Shown in pieces: positions 39,770-52,294 of a DNA stretch of 64,000 bases. How positions within the stretch are numbered: position 1 is the first letter of the stretch; every line of letters begins with the position of its first letter. The position numbers were made by a program, and so were the translations under genes. The notes beneath the pieces were generated by a model. It ran no database searches. It was given only the letters and a program-made list of their open reading frames with translations, and had not been told where the DNA came from. The stretch is from Nemertoderma westbladi (Eukaryota > Animalia > Xenacoelomorpha), in assembly GCA_032718475.1 (NCBI GenBank), contig JAUCBJ010005600.1:87755-151754 (forward strand), read 5' to 3'.

Positions 39770-42700
39770 GGTGAACCTGAGGCAATTCACTAGACTAGCC
39801 TCTGTTAATACCCTAACACTCGGGTCCCCAATGCGACAAGGCGAGCTGACTGCCTTGGCAGATAAGCTTTCTCTTAGCGCAGTGGGTGTTCAAGAGCACC
39901 GAATGCAGACTGGACAGACTGATGAGGTTCTGATTAAGGACATGGGGAGCGGTTGGCGACTCGCCCTCGCGTCAGCAGATGATAGTGGCAATGGTGGAAT
40001 TGGTCTATTGATGAATCCAACTGCACATGCAGCATTTGACCAAATAGACCAAATCTCCAACCGCATCATCCGCTGCCACTTCTCATGTTCTGGAAGACTG
40101 GCTAAAAAGTTTCCTAAAGTGGTTCTGATTGTGTGCTACTCTCCAACTAGTGTTGCCCCTGTAGAGGAGGTGGAAAATTTCTACCACAATCTACAAGCAG
40201 CTACTGATGGAGTGGATCAGCAACATTCCTGGGAGACTTTAATGCAAGTCTGCATCAATCACCTACATCGCCCTGGGTCTATAGCGATAGTGTTCCGAAA
40301 TTCCGAAATTCCGTCCATCTCCAGGATTTCATCTCTAAAAATGGATTGATTTTAGTTGGAACCCAGTTCAACAACCGAACTGGAAAGCTATGGACTCATA
40401 GTGGACCCAGTGGCCACAAGTCCCAGATAGACCATATTTTGTTTCGTAGGAAATACAGGAGCACTATCCAAGACTGTAATGCTTTTACACATCGACCCTT
40501 CTCCAGTGATCACCGGCTTATTGAGGCCAAGGTATGACTTAGTCTGAAGTGCTAGCAGAACAACGAAATCTGCCTTGCCGCGGCATGACTGGTCCTCTCT
40601 GTTGCAACAGCCAAGTGTGAGATCCAGCATCACACTATAACTGAGCAACAGGTATGAGGTTCTTGCCTTTGAGGCGGAAGATCACTGCGAGGGCTATACT
40701 GCCTTCACAGAAGCATTTAAGTTAGCAGTTGCAGAAACAGTTCTTGTATACCCTCGAAACTGGAAAAAGGCCCCCTGAAATGGCCACAGAATTCGGAAGT
40801 GCCGAAATGCCATCTATAAGGCGCAGATTGAGTCCCGTCGATTTGGGCACACTAGGACAGACAAGGATGCAGTTAAGGCTGCATCTAGGTACTTTAAGAA
40901 CCACCAACCGAGTCACTGGGAGAAAAAGTGAACCAACCACCAACCGAGTCACTGGGAGAAAAAGCGAACCAACCACCAATCGAGTCACTGGGAGAAAAAG
41001 CGAACCAACCACCAACCGAGTTACTGGGAGAAAAAGCGAACCAACCACCAACCGAGTCACTGGGAGAAAAAGCGAACCAACCACCAACCGAGTCACTGGG
41101 AGAAAAAGCGAACCAACTACCAACCGAGTCACTGGGAGAAAAAGCGAACCAACCACCAACCGAGTTACTGGGAGAAAAAGCGAACCAACCACCAACCGAG
41201 TTACTGGGAGAAAAAGCGAACCAACCACCAACCGAGTCACTGGGAGAAAAAGCGAACCAACCACCAACCGAGTTACTGGGAGAAAAAGCGAACCAACCAC
41301 CAACCGAGTCACTGGGAGAAAAAGCGAACCAACCACCAACCGAGTCACTGGGAGAAAAAGCGAACCAACCACCAACCGAGTCACTGGGAGAAAAAGTGAA
41401 CCAACCACCAACCGAGTCACTGGGAGTGAAAGCGAACCAACCACCAACCGAGTCACTGGGAGAAAAAGCGAACCAACCACCAACCGAGTCACTGGGAGAA
41501 AAAGTGAACCAACCACCAACCGAGTCACTGGGTGAAAAAGCGAACCAACCACCAACCGAGTCACTGGGAGAAAAAGTGAACCAACCACCAACCGAGTCAC
41601 TGGGTGAAAAAGCGAACCAACCACCAACCGAGTCACTGGGAGAAAAAGTGAACCAACCACCAACCGAGTCACTGGGAGAAAAAGCGAACCAACCACCAAC
41701 CGAGTCACTGGGAGAAAAAGTGAACCAACCACCAACCGAGTCACTGGGAGAAAAAGCGAACCAACCACCAACCGAGTCACTGGGAGAAAAAGCGAACCAA
41801 CCACCAACCGAGTCACTGGGAGAAAAAGCGAACCAACTACCAACCGAGTCACTGGGAGAAAAAGCGAACCAACCACCAACCGAGTCACTGGGAGAAAAAG
41901 TGAACCAACCACCAACCGAGTCACTGGGAGAAAAAGCGAACCAACTACCAACCGAGTCACTGGGAGAAAAAGTGAACCAACCACCAACCGAGTCACTGGG
42001 AGAAAAAGCGAACCAACCACCAACCGAGTCATTGGGAGAAAAAGCGAACCAACTACCAACCGAGTCACTGGGAGAAAAAGTGAACCAACCGCCAACCGAG
42101 TCACTGGGAGAAAAAGCGAACCAACCACCAACCGAGTCACTGGGAGAAAAAGCGAACCAACTACCAACCGAGTCACTGGGAGAAAAAGTGAACCAACTAC
42201 CAACCGAGTCACTGGGAGAAAAAGTGAACCAACCGCCAACCGAGTCACTGGGAGAAAAAGTGAACCAACCACCAACCGAGTCACTGGGAGAAAAAGCGAA
42301 CCAACCACCAACCGAGTCACTGGGAGAAAAAGCGAACCAACCACCAACCGAGTCACTGGGAGAAAAAGCGAACCAACCACCAACCGAGTCACTGGGAGAA
42401 AAAGCGAACCAACCACCAACCGAGTCACTGGGAGAAAAAGCGAACCAACTACCAAGGATAAGGCTGAATCTGAAGCTGTGGTTGGAAAAAGGTTGGAAAG
42501 CCCACTTTGAGAATCTTCTAAACAATGACAGGGTGTTGCCTGATAACTTTGAGGTACATCGTGTATCCGAGTTTGTGCTCACAGATATCTCCATAGGGGA
42601 TATCTGTGAGCACGTCTCCTTTGCTGAAAACAAGACTGCAGCAAGGAGCATCAAGACCAATAGTGCCTGTGGAGTAGATTCGAAGTCTTATGGGGAGTCC

Positions 42701-43606
42701 TTCAGGACTTGCACCATTCTTATTTGTAATTGTGGTTGATGTTATATGCATGTCCTTAGACCATCTTAATAAAGATGGGGTGATGGTAACACCCCCTACT
42801 GGCACAAGAAGTAGAGGAAAACCAGCAAAGTACTTTACTGATCTAGACTTTGCTGATGACTTCGAGGTACTGTCAGGAGCACTAGTGGAAGCCCAAAGGC
42901 TCCTCTGCTCATTGGAGCAGGTTGCTTCTAGTGTTGGTCTTTTTGTAAACTCCAAGAAGACCAAAATCATGACAGTGAACCTAGACAGCCCTTAAAAAAT
43001 GTCTGATCGTAAGGGCATATGCTAGGGGATGGCTTGCTTGAGCACGTGGATGACTTATGCTACTTGGGATCATGGATCAGAAAGTCAGGTGAAGTGGATA
43101 CGTGAGGGGCAGGCATGAGCAGCGTTAAATAGTCTGCCCAGGATTTGGAAGTCTCATAGAATAAAACGGAACCTTAAGTTGGATTATTTATGGCAGTAAT
43201 AGTACCAATACTATTATATGGTCCATGCTGGGCTCTAACTGCAGAGGATACCAAATCTCTGGGTGGCACTTTCACAAGAACCTCCGGGTTTATTGTGTCA
43301 AGTACAATGAACACATCCCCAATCAGACTCTATACAACAATGGAGGTGTTCCATTAGTCTTCCCTAGCTTGACAGTTAAACGGAACCGCCTTCGCTTTGC
43401 AGGACATTGCTTTCGCAATAGAGGCCCAACCAGTGCATAATCGTGTGTGCTTTGTCGGCCTCCTGGAGTGAATAAGCATGGTGGACAGCCCATGACTTTC
43501 TTGAGACGCATCTTAAAGGACACTGGCCTTGAAGATGCGAATGATCTAGCAATGGGTCATGGGTGATAGGGAGTTGTGGCGGCGCAATTTATTCTACAAG
43601 CCGACA
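39770..43606 (+). mobile_element. Degenerate RTE-clade LINE (AP endonuclease plus partly deleted RT), interrupted by a 36-bp array
   Basis: APE motifs GVQEHR, GGIGLL, SNRII, CYSPT, WTH, SQIDHIL, SDHRL; WKAHFENLL; LAPFLF...DLDFADD; RLRFAGHC. Many stops and frameshifts. Confidence 0.9.
40899..42455. repeat. Tandem satellite, 36-bp unit, ~43 copies, inside the RTE coding region
   Basis: Unit accaccaaccgagtcactgggagaaaaagcgaacca (TTNRVTGRKSEP) between the APE and RT domains. Confidence 0.97.
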
Positions 43607-43619
43607 CAGCATTCTTAAT

Positions 43620-43925
43620 GTATATCGTAGCTTAAGATACATAAGGCCCCTAAGTCGATTTTTGTCGGATTTTACTTTTTTATGCAATTCCACTCATGTT
43701 CTATCAGCTGGTGAAGTTTTGCACATCTTAACCAAAGGGAAGTGATAATTGCGTGGTAAAATGAAGCCCTATATTCCGGCGGACAATATTTTACTGCAGA
43801 AAGGCCATATATCTCTCTATATTTTATATAGGCTCTCTGAACAATTGCAATTTTTTACCTAGGGCCTTATGACACTTAAGCTACGATATGTAATTTAATG
43901 CAGCTGCAATGCAGCATGCCGATAT
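43620..43925. mobile_element. Small MITE-like inverted-repeat element
   Basis: atatcgtagcttaag..cataaggccc (~43622-43650) is inverted to gggccttatg..cttaagctacgatat (~43862-43889); the flank aatgcagctgcaatgcagcatg recurs inverted at ~31564-31585. Confidence 0.55.
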
Positions 43926-44081
43926 AGTAGTAGTAGTTGAGCAATTTTTAAGTATTAATTATTGTACTAGCATTTATTACTTTGAGAAAGACCCCACCCA
44001 CCACGACTAACCGAGCTATTTATGCGCGTAAATATACAAAGAAACCATGAAACTGAAACAATATTTAGATAACCAACTCAC

Positions 44082-44251
44082 CCTTTTCCTGTAGAGGGCG
44101 AACTGGAGAGCGGCAAGGAAACTGTGGCAATCAACTCTTGGTATTGGTTGTACCGATATCTAAGTCTAGAGAATGTCGGAACATAGTCGATTCCTTGTAG
44201 TAAATGCCAGAATCTCGAGATACAGTAGGTCACTAACGAACGGATATCCTC
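44082..44251 (-). CDS. PPP4R3: SMEK/PPP4R3 exon
   Basis: ttcAG|GAG GAT ATC...GG|GTGAGT; EDIRSLVTYCISRFWHLLQGIDYVPTFSRLRYRYNQ resembles conserved EDIKSL...DYVQTFKGLK.RFEQ. Not in the supplied ORF track. Confidence 0.88.
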
Positions 44252-44552
44252 CTGAAATAAAATTCGGAGGTTGAGTTTTTATTTTACTTTTTTAATTTTT
44301 ACAATTAACATTGAAATTATTTTCAATTAAAATAAACGCCTATTTTAATTACAGCGTAGTTTAAACATGGAAATAACAAAAACAGTTGTGCAGTACGCTG
44401 AAACCAAAATGTATTGAATACTCTACCAGAACGAGTAGTCTTTACACGTACAGTAGTATAAGTAAGTGGTCCTTGGGTAACAGACAACTAACCAAACTGG
44501 TTAGTCAATGTCCAGGAATATGTAACGCAAAGTTCTATATATATTTTACCTT

Positions 44553-44812
44553 CAAGTAAAGTAAAGTGAAGTAAATTACGCACAAAGTCTAACGACTTAT
44601 TTCCAGAACCCCCAGTCCCCCCAGAACTCCCCAGAGGAAACTCTAGTACTTATTTAGCATTTAAGGATGCGAGGCAGAGATACGCCCTGGCTAGTCCCTT
44701 AAACCATTCGTACCGAAACGAAAACAGCACCGGCGCCCAGGCGAGGGCTGAACCGCTGAACCAACAACCTCCGAGAGATGTGAATTCAATGTAACCCCTA
44801 CACCAAGGTGGG
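44553..44812 (-). mobile_element. tRNA-derived SINE, copy 2
   Basis: Colinear with 30969-31240 (ttacgcacaaagtct.acgacttatttcca, ccccagaggaaact, ccgaaacgaaaac, gatgtgaattcaatg...ctacaccaaggtgg). Confidence 0.75.
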
Positions 44813-46016
44813 CATGGGCCCTAACTACTACTTTGGTATTCTCGGACGAAATTTGTAAGGACCAACTTGTTGACTTAAAAATTGATTACAATGCACACCT
44901 GGCGGTGCTCTAGCTTCAGACGACTGTTCAACTGTCCACGTCTTCGTTCAAGTTACATTCAAAACAATGTATATACATCAATAATGGATATCACATAAAT
45001 GACATTTATTATGTTCTCTAATGAACAGAAGGCGGCACATAATTATTGACCTTTAAATAAGTAAGTTTACTATTGATTTTAAAATTAAGAAAATCCTCTG
45101 CCTGACTAATTCTATATATTTTAGACAAGATTGTTAAATTACATTTATATTTTTTACTAATTACTGTAAATCGTGCTATATTATATCTTATTGTACGTGA
45201 TACCGGATCTCGGTGTAATAAAATTAATATAATAAGTTTACTATATTATTAGAAGACCGTTAGGACTTCTTACTGTAAAAGTATTCACTATCTATCTATG
45301 TATGTATCGTATCTTATTATGTATCGTATCGTATCGTCCGTCAATAAAAGTTATATCAAACGACGTAGCTCAACCCCAGGATGTGGAAAAAAGTTTCGAA
45401 AAATTATTAAAGTGTATTTTTTTTATTTCGAAAAAGAGCCCCATAACACGAAAATTGCCATAGACTCAATGATAGAAACACCAGCACTGCTGGTTCTCAT
45501 AAGGGCCTAGTAAGCTATTACTATTGATTGAATGGCTAGGCTCAAACTACTCTCTGCATACTCTCTATATTACTTACTAAATTTTTTACTCTCTCACTCT
45601 ATCCCAGACAAGTAATCAAATATAATCGATCAACAACTGTTAGTTTGTAATGTAATAATATCCCGCCAGCTAAATAGCTCTTCCCAGTGTGTCAACTAAT
45701 AATATATTATTGTAGTATTTTAGGCCTATACATGTTATTGTAGCTCAAGCCAATCAGGGATCTAAATACCAGAACACGTTCTTCTTCCTTTTCTTCATCA
45801 TGTCCAAAAATCAGCGGAAAAATAGAGACAGAAAAGAAACTAAGAGCTTCTTAATAAATACGATAATGTTACACATTAAATATTATTGCATAACAATACA
45901 AAATAAGGAAACGAAGAACAACCAACAAGTACTACAATGAAATATAAGGTGACGGTTACTTTGCTAAAATAATATCGTGTTACAAAACCACACGTCCGGC
46001 GTCAACCGAGCTGCCA

Positions 46017-46967
46017 CTAATCCTCTGTACGGGAGGAGCGTCCAAGCGGAAGATAGCTTCTCGTTCCGGCGACCCGCCGTCCTGGGGACATCCGATCTCT
46101 CCCGAATACATGCCAACCGCGGACAGCCAGACCCGATCGGGCTTCGTGTTTTCTACCCCTGCGACCCCCCCGGGACCTCATGAACCCAGTGAAACTCGGT
46201 TGGATCATGCGGATGACATCTTCGATGGTACCGAATCTAGAGCGAATCGTTTCTTCGCCGTCTTCAAGGGATTTCTTCAACAAGGAATCTTCATTATCTG
46301 TAGTTGCTGCAGCGGCAGCATCCTCGTCGTTCAATTTATCATCAATCACAGATTCGTCATCATCTATATCATCTACGATAACATTAAACTCGACGGTCTC
46401 TGAAGTTGGATCAGTATTGTCAACGTTGTCGGCTTTGTCAACGTTGTTGGCTTTGTCAACGTTGTCGGCTTTGTCAATGTTGTCGGCTTTGTCAACGTTG
46501 TCGGCTTTGTCAAAGTAGTCGGTTTTGTCAAAGTTGTCGGCTTTGTCAAAGTTGTCGGCTTTGTCAAAGTTGTCGGCTTTTTCAGCGTTGTCGGTTTCCT
46601 TACTCATGTCTTTCGCATTTACCTCGTCACCATTATCAATAATATCATCGATCGCAGGTTCAATGATCGAAATAGTGTTAGTCGTAACATCCGGCTCAGC
46701 GGTCAAGTCATCATCGAGAATCATAAACGGCGGCGGATAAATAACGCGATCCATCGGCTGGGGTTGGTGTTGACTGGGATCGAAACCTTCAACAAACATG
46801 TCGTCATCGTCGGCGGATAATTCATCAACCCTATCCAAAATGAATACGACAACACCCCCCACAACCAGGAGCACCAGCGCGGCTGCGGTAATACCTACAG
46901 CGTAATTCTTAATTTGTCGGGAATTCTTCTCTTTCACGACTCGCGTAGAAAACTCGCCCTGGTTCAT
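46017..46967 (-). CDS. Intronless single-pass (type II-like) membrane protein with acidic stalk and KADNxD hexapeptide repeats, nested in a SMEK intron
   Basis: 316-aa ATG-initiated ORF in AT-rich surroundings; basic N-terminus, one hydrophobic helix (YAVGITAAALVLLVVGGVVVFIL), Asp-rich region, ~9 in-frame 18-bp repeats, basic C-terminus. Family not recognised. Confidence 0.65.
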   Translation of the reverse strand: MNQGEFSTRVVKEKNSRQIKNYAVGITAAALVLLVVGGVVVFILDRVDELSADDDDMFVEGFDPSQHQPQPMDRVIYPPPFMILDDDLTAEPDVTTNTISIIEPAIDDIIDNGDEVNAKDMSKETDNAEKADNFDKADNFDKADNFDKTDYFDKADNVDKADNIDKADNVDKANNVDKADNVDNTDPTSETVEFNVIVDDIDDDESVIDDKLNDEDAAAAATTDNEDSLLKKSLEDGEETIRSRFGTIEDVIRMIQPSFTGFMRSRGGRRGRKHEARSGLAVRGWHVFGRDRMSPGRRVAGTRSYLPLGRSSRTED

Positions 46968-48011
46968 TGCGAGTTGTAATAAGAATCGAACGTCAGCAGA
47001 TCAAATATTATAGATTTAAACACTGTTTCTATAAAGCTTACTCTGATAGATTTGTAGGCCTATTAATTACAGTAGTAGGCTATGGAGCAACCTCTACATA
47101 ATTTTGTAATTGAACTTTCTAATAGAAAATGTTCTATAGAATAATGATGTGGTTGCACTATAGTGTGTGACCCCATTTTACTGAAATTTTTTAACCATTT
47201 TTGAATTGCTTTATTAGTATTTTTTTAAATAAGTTACTTGATTCTGCACATTTTTTCCAGGTAATAATGTCTGGTGTAGTTTTATGGAATCTATGTAGTT
47301 TTATTGAAAAATGAGAAATGATTTTCTTTTTGTTTTCAATATTGAATTTATTAGCTATATTTTTGGTCTTTGCATTGTAGGTCCTTGTGAACTACGAAGT
47401 AATTCAGGTTACAAACACGATATTTTTCATTCCAGAAGCAGAAAGTATATAACTAGTGTAATAAGAAGGTGTTTTGATTGAAATTATTTGAACAGATACG
47501 AAAATTTAATTGCCTAGCTAGATTTTGTTCATAATAAATATTTTTACAATGTCGTTTTTTAAACACGTTCACATTAAGAAACTATTTAGCAGGTCCATAT
47601 AAATTCGTTTTAGAGTAAATTTAAATAATCTCGAGCCAATGCGATTTAGGATATAAACTACATCATAATAGTATTATATATTACTTTCACATAGAAACTA
47701 TTATTACTTTAGTATAACAACGGCGTCTTGTAATCGTTCAAATATCAATAATTAATCAAAACAAAAAAAAATAGAAAATCTGAGACCAAACATGGGGGCT
47801 CTGAAATAAAAACTAATATTTCTAGAACATGAATTGCATTTTCATGTTTTGAACATTTTCCCGGCAAAATTATATTTTTGACACTCTTTAAAATGTTCTA
47901 GAACAAAAACAATGTTTTTTTTCAAACAAGAGGTTCTGGACAATTTTATACACTCACAGGAACTAGGTTACTAAATAGGAAGTACAAAAATGGGCACTTG
48001 TACGATGGTTG

Positions 48012-48475
48012 ATAAGGGGTCACGCAAATTTTTCCGATTTTTGACCCCCCTCCCTCCCCGTCACAAAGTGTCACACAAAGCTCTACCCCCCCCCCCCCCC
48101 TGTCACATTAGACAATTTGTAATACCCCCCCCCCCCCCCCCCCCCAAATATAAATTCAGTCACTATCTCTACATTATCCCACGGGCAAGTCTTATTCTAT
48201 ATTAATAACAGGTATTACAGTGTTGGAATCAATGGCTTCTATATCCTACTCAATTTATCGATTATACTCAATGTTAATGAGTTTATTGTTTTCCATAAAG
48301 TTACCCACTCATCTACACATGTGTGAAAGTCAAAGCCAAGCTAACATTAAAGCATAGAACATCGCCGTGACCGTCACAAAAGTCGACACCCCCCTCTGTC
48401 ACAAAATGTCACGCAAGCTCTACCCCCCCCCCCCCCCCCCCCTTATGCGTGACATACTTTATGAACGCCCCCTAA
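48012..48475. mobile_element. MITE with C-rich subterminal motifs; partial copy at 56093-56323
   Basis: Ends in cgtgacatactttatgaacgcccccta; block acaaaagtcgacacccccc...ctctgtcacaaaatg.cacgcaagct is shared with 56093-56323. Confidence 0.6.
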
Positions 48476-48658
48476 CCCAATTTGTTAACAATAATAATGG
48501 CTATTATAAGTCACGAAACTGAAAGTTTTAGATTAGGTTATCTACTAGATTTGCTTTGATGCGTTGTACATTATTTAAAATAAATTTAGCCAATTCGGGT
48601 AAAATGTCCCTTCTCCTTTGCGCGCGTCATAGGAAAGGCGTCAAATTAAAATTCACAC

Positions 48659-49710
48659 TAGTGTTGCAATCGATGGGGATCTAGAATTTTCGGGATTCGG
48701 ATCGGGATTACAACTATCGCGATCTCGATTTTCGGGATCGGAATTTTTAATTTAATTGAGGCCATACTCAACCAAAACATTAAATAGCTGTATCTGCCCT
48801 GTCCTCTTTTGAGTAAACAACTTTAAAGAAATCTCAAGTACTAAAAAATACCTAGATATGTAAAAAATATCCACTGCCTTTATTTTAAATGGTTCATAAC
48901 CGTAGTTTTATTTCCCAGGTACGTATTTCATTTCACATAGGGTTTTAATATAATTTCTGCAACATCTTTATTATATCTACAGCAGCAGTCTGACTGAATC
49001 GCTGCCACATTAAATGTTTTCCATATTCAATAAAAAGCAACAGGTGTTTCTATTATTTATAATAGACATTAGTGTATATCTCTGTAGCACTGTTAGTAGG
49101 TAGTTATAAAAGGAACAGCGTTACCAATTCTATATATTAATCATAATTTTTGTTTTTTGACAAAAAATCTTGTTTTTGTTATTGGCAACAATTGTAAATT
49201 TTTAAACAATTTTACAAATTTTAAGCTGCAGGGCATATCAATTCATAAATCCCGAAAAATTCCGATATTTTTCCATCGAGATCAGACTTTTCGGGATCGC
49301 GATCGGGATCGGGATCGGGATTGCAATTTTGGATAAATTTCCTTAAAGTTATGAGAATATGTGGCGGGTTTTGGGTAACACACACATTATCTTACACTTC
49401 TGAAATATTAGAAAGATAAAGTTATATTAAAATTATTTTGCAATTAATTACTGGATGGTTTACTGACCAAAATATTTGATATAACCAAAAATTCCGGTTC
49501 GGCTGTAACTATTTATCAGATATTCAACAAATTTACTTATATACTAATGACCACGCCACGCCATATGTGCGCCAATAATGAGCTAAAACTAGGTTAAATG
49601 TTAAATGTTATACTTCGGGATCCCGTTCCAAAAAAGTTGGGATCGGGATCAGGATTGCATTTTTCGTCGGGATCCCTGTTTTTCGGGATCGGGATCCCGT
49701 TTAAACACTA
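48659..49710. mobile_element. Non-autonomous hAT-like DNA transposon
   Basis: Termini tagtgtt...aacacta; 8-bp TSD attcacac (48651-48658) / attcgcac (49711-49718); clustered subterminal cgggat repeats. Confidence 0.75.
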
Positions 49711-50730
49711 ATTCGCACCATTAATTCATTTAATTAACCGACAACTCATCTTCTTTTGATATACAGTATTAGTAATACTATATTTAGCTTGTAGTTGAGG
49801 TACCTAACTAGAATACTACTGTAAGAGACTCGAGATTGTTTAAATTCACCTTCAACAAATTCATATTAACCTGCTAGATAGTTTCTTTTTATATTGAAAA
49901 TAACCTAGCAGAAATAATAACTGTACAACCTAATCCAACAATTTAATGAAAATATCTCTTTTAATCCACTAGCTAGTTTCTGATATTAAAAATAGCCTGT
50001 TTGTTGGAGTTAATAATTTGACAAATTTTTACGAAACATACGGACATACGGAAGCGTGCCCCAAATTGTTAAAAAAAACATATTGATAATTTACAATAAA
50101 AGCCACGAAAAACACACAATAAAAATAATATGTGATCATAAAACATTAGGTACAATAAAAAAAATTTCTCAGAAGCACTAATTTGAAATTTAATTGTGTT
50201 AAAGAACAAATAACTCTTCTATAATAGCTATTATCATTCATAAAAGGCAAATTTTGATTATGTTGTATACAGTATGTTCATTATCTGCGTTTTAAGACTT
50301 TGATTCTAGAAAATTAGAAAATTCTAGAACAATGTTAGTCATTCCCGCAATATTAAGAGAGTTATTAAATTGTTATTTTGTGGGAGCTAGTAATTATTTA
50401 TGACTTATGTTAGCTATAAAAAAAATTATTTTGTACTTTAAAATTCAATGACAACAGCCTATTCTAGAAAACTAAAAGATACAAAAAATATAAAAGTTGG
50501 GAATGGTAACTGTTGTAGTTTGTTAGGCAGAATTGCCATTATTTTACACTGAATGAGTGTAAAATATTGTAGTTTTTTAGTTGATTTGGTGTCCTTGTCA
50601 TCAATAATCCCAAAGATGCACCTTGACTTATTGGGGATTTTCTAAAAACTGAATAAATTTTACGTTTTACATGCTGTACTTTACTGTAGTAGTGAAGAAG
50701 CAGCAAATTATCGTCGACTGATATCTATTA

Positions 50731-51033
<303 letters not shown>

Positions 51034-51269
51034 CTATGAAATATGTGGATCATTTTCGATTAATTATAATATAATAATTTAGATGTAACTGAACCAATTT
51101 GTTAGACATATAACTGAATATCAATTAATTCATTAAAATGAGATTTAAATTGACCTATATTATCAACATAAATTAAAATGTAAAAAAAAAAGAAAAAAAT
51201 ACCCTCAGGTGATGCATAACGCTAAAAAGTGATACTTTACACATAATGATGTAAAAAGTAAAATCTAAC

Positions 51270-51428
51270 CGAGTACAAGGAAGGTATGACGTGACGTCAA
51301 TGGGACCAATGCGTGACGCAATAAATCGTTGCTAAATACGTAATCTCTAAAATGGTAGGAATGGTGTTCAACACAAAAGGTCAATAAATCCAGTACGAGT
51401 AGATGGATGTTGGCTAATTCTTCAACAT
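51270..51428 (-). CDS. PPP4R3: SMEK/PPP4R3 exon
   Basis: LLVLDLLTFCVEHHSYH...DLLR..L...SRHTFLVL; canonical splice sites with matching phases. Confidence 0.93.
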
Positions 51429-51966
51429 CTGTTAAATCAAATAAAATTAATATAAATGAACTTAAATTACACTGCACATTAAATTAATTTAATATAGTTA
51501 CGAATGTCACCAATATTGATCTGATTATGGAAAGGTGGCCTTGCAAGGAATCCAAATCTGTAAATAAAACCATCTGAATGTGGATGAGAATGTGGGTGTT
51601 CGAAATTCGAAAGAGACAAATGTTTCGGACAAAGTCAAAGAAATTGTTTTTACAATTACTGTCGTGGGTAGGCCTATGAAACCATAGCCATTAAAAAGTG
51701 CCGTTAAAGTTGAGGTTTATATGAAAGTGCTGAACTGATGTATATAAAATATTCTTATAATGTTAATTTTGTACTTTCCTTTTAGATTTATATGTACCTG
51801 TAGGTGCTAGTTTTTATTTTCTTTATAATCCAGATGATAGCCCTGGTGGCAGAGTTATATTGATTGAATAGATAAACTGTTTTATTTAATAACGGGGCTA
51901 AACTCCAAGCAACACGAACGTTGAGATTATAAAATAAATGGAGGCTGGTGTTCCGATGTTCCTCAC

Positions 51967-52204
51967 CTTGATTCTCCAGCTGTTTTGCACCGTTGATCAA
52001 CTGTCCTGTGATTCTATTGATTGTATGTTTGTAGAAGAATGTGAGGAACTCTGAGCGTTCCGTACGTTGGAACGTGGCCAGCATGTTGTCCGGATCCACG
52101 ATTATTTTTAGTAAAGCGAGAAGTTGTGTTCCTATTCCCGAGTCATCCGATTCGACTCGAGTCATCAGCGAGATCAGAACGTTTAGAAGAGCCGACTCGC
52201 CAGT
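51967..52204 (-). CDS. PPP4R3: SMEK/PPP4R3 exon
   Basis: LLNVLI...QLLALLKIIVDPDNMLA...TERSEFLTFFYKH; ttgcAG acceptor, G|GTGAG donor. Confidence 0.92.
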
Positions 52205-52294
52205 CTGCAAAGGAAATAGTCGAAAATGTAAATATTATTTTTTTGAAATGAATGCGTCCGTAGTGTGCAAACGGAACCCATAACATTTAGTAGT

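Noticed and set aside
50539-50724. Possible terminal SMEK exon just after exon 50812-50981
   Set aside because: No similarity to SMEK; the expected EDI.SL...DYV.TF exon is at 44082-44251 with the correct phase.
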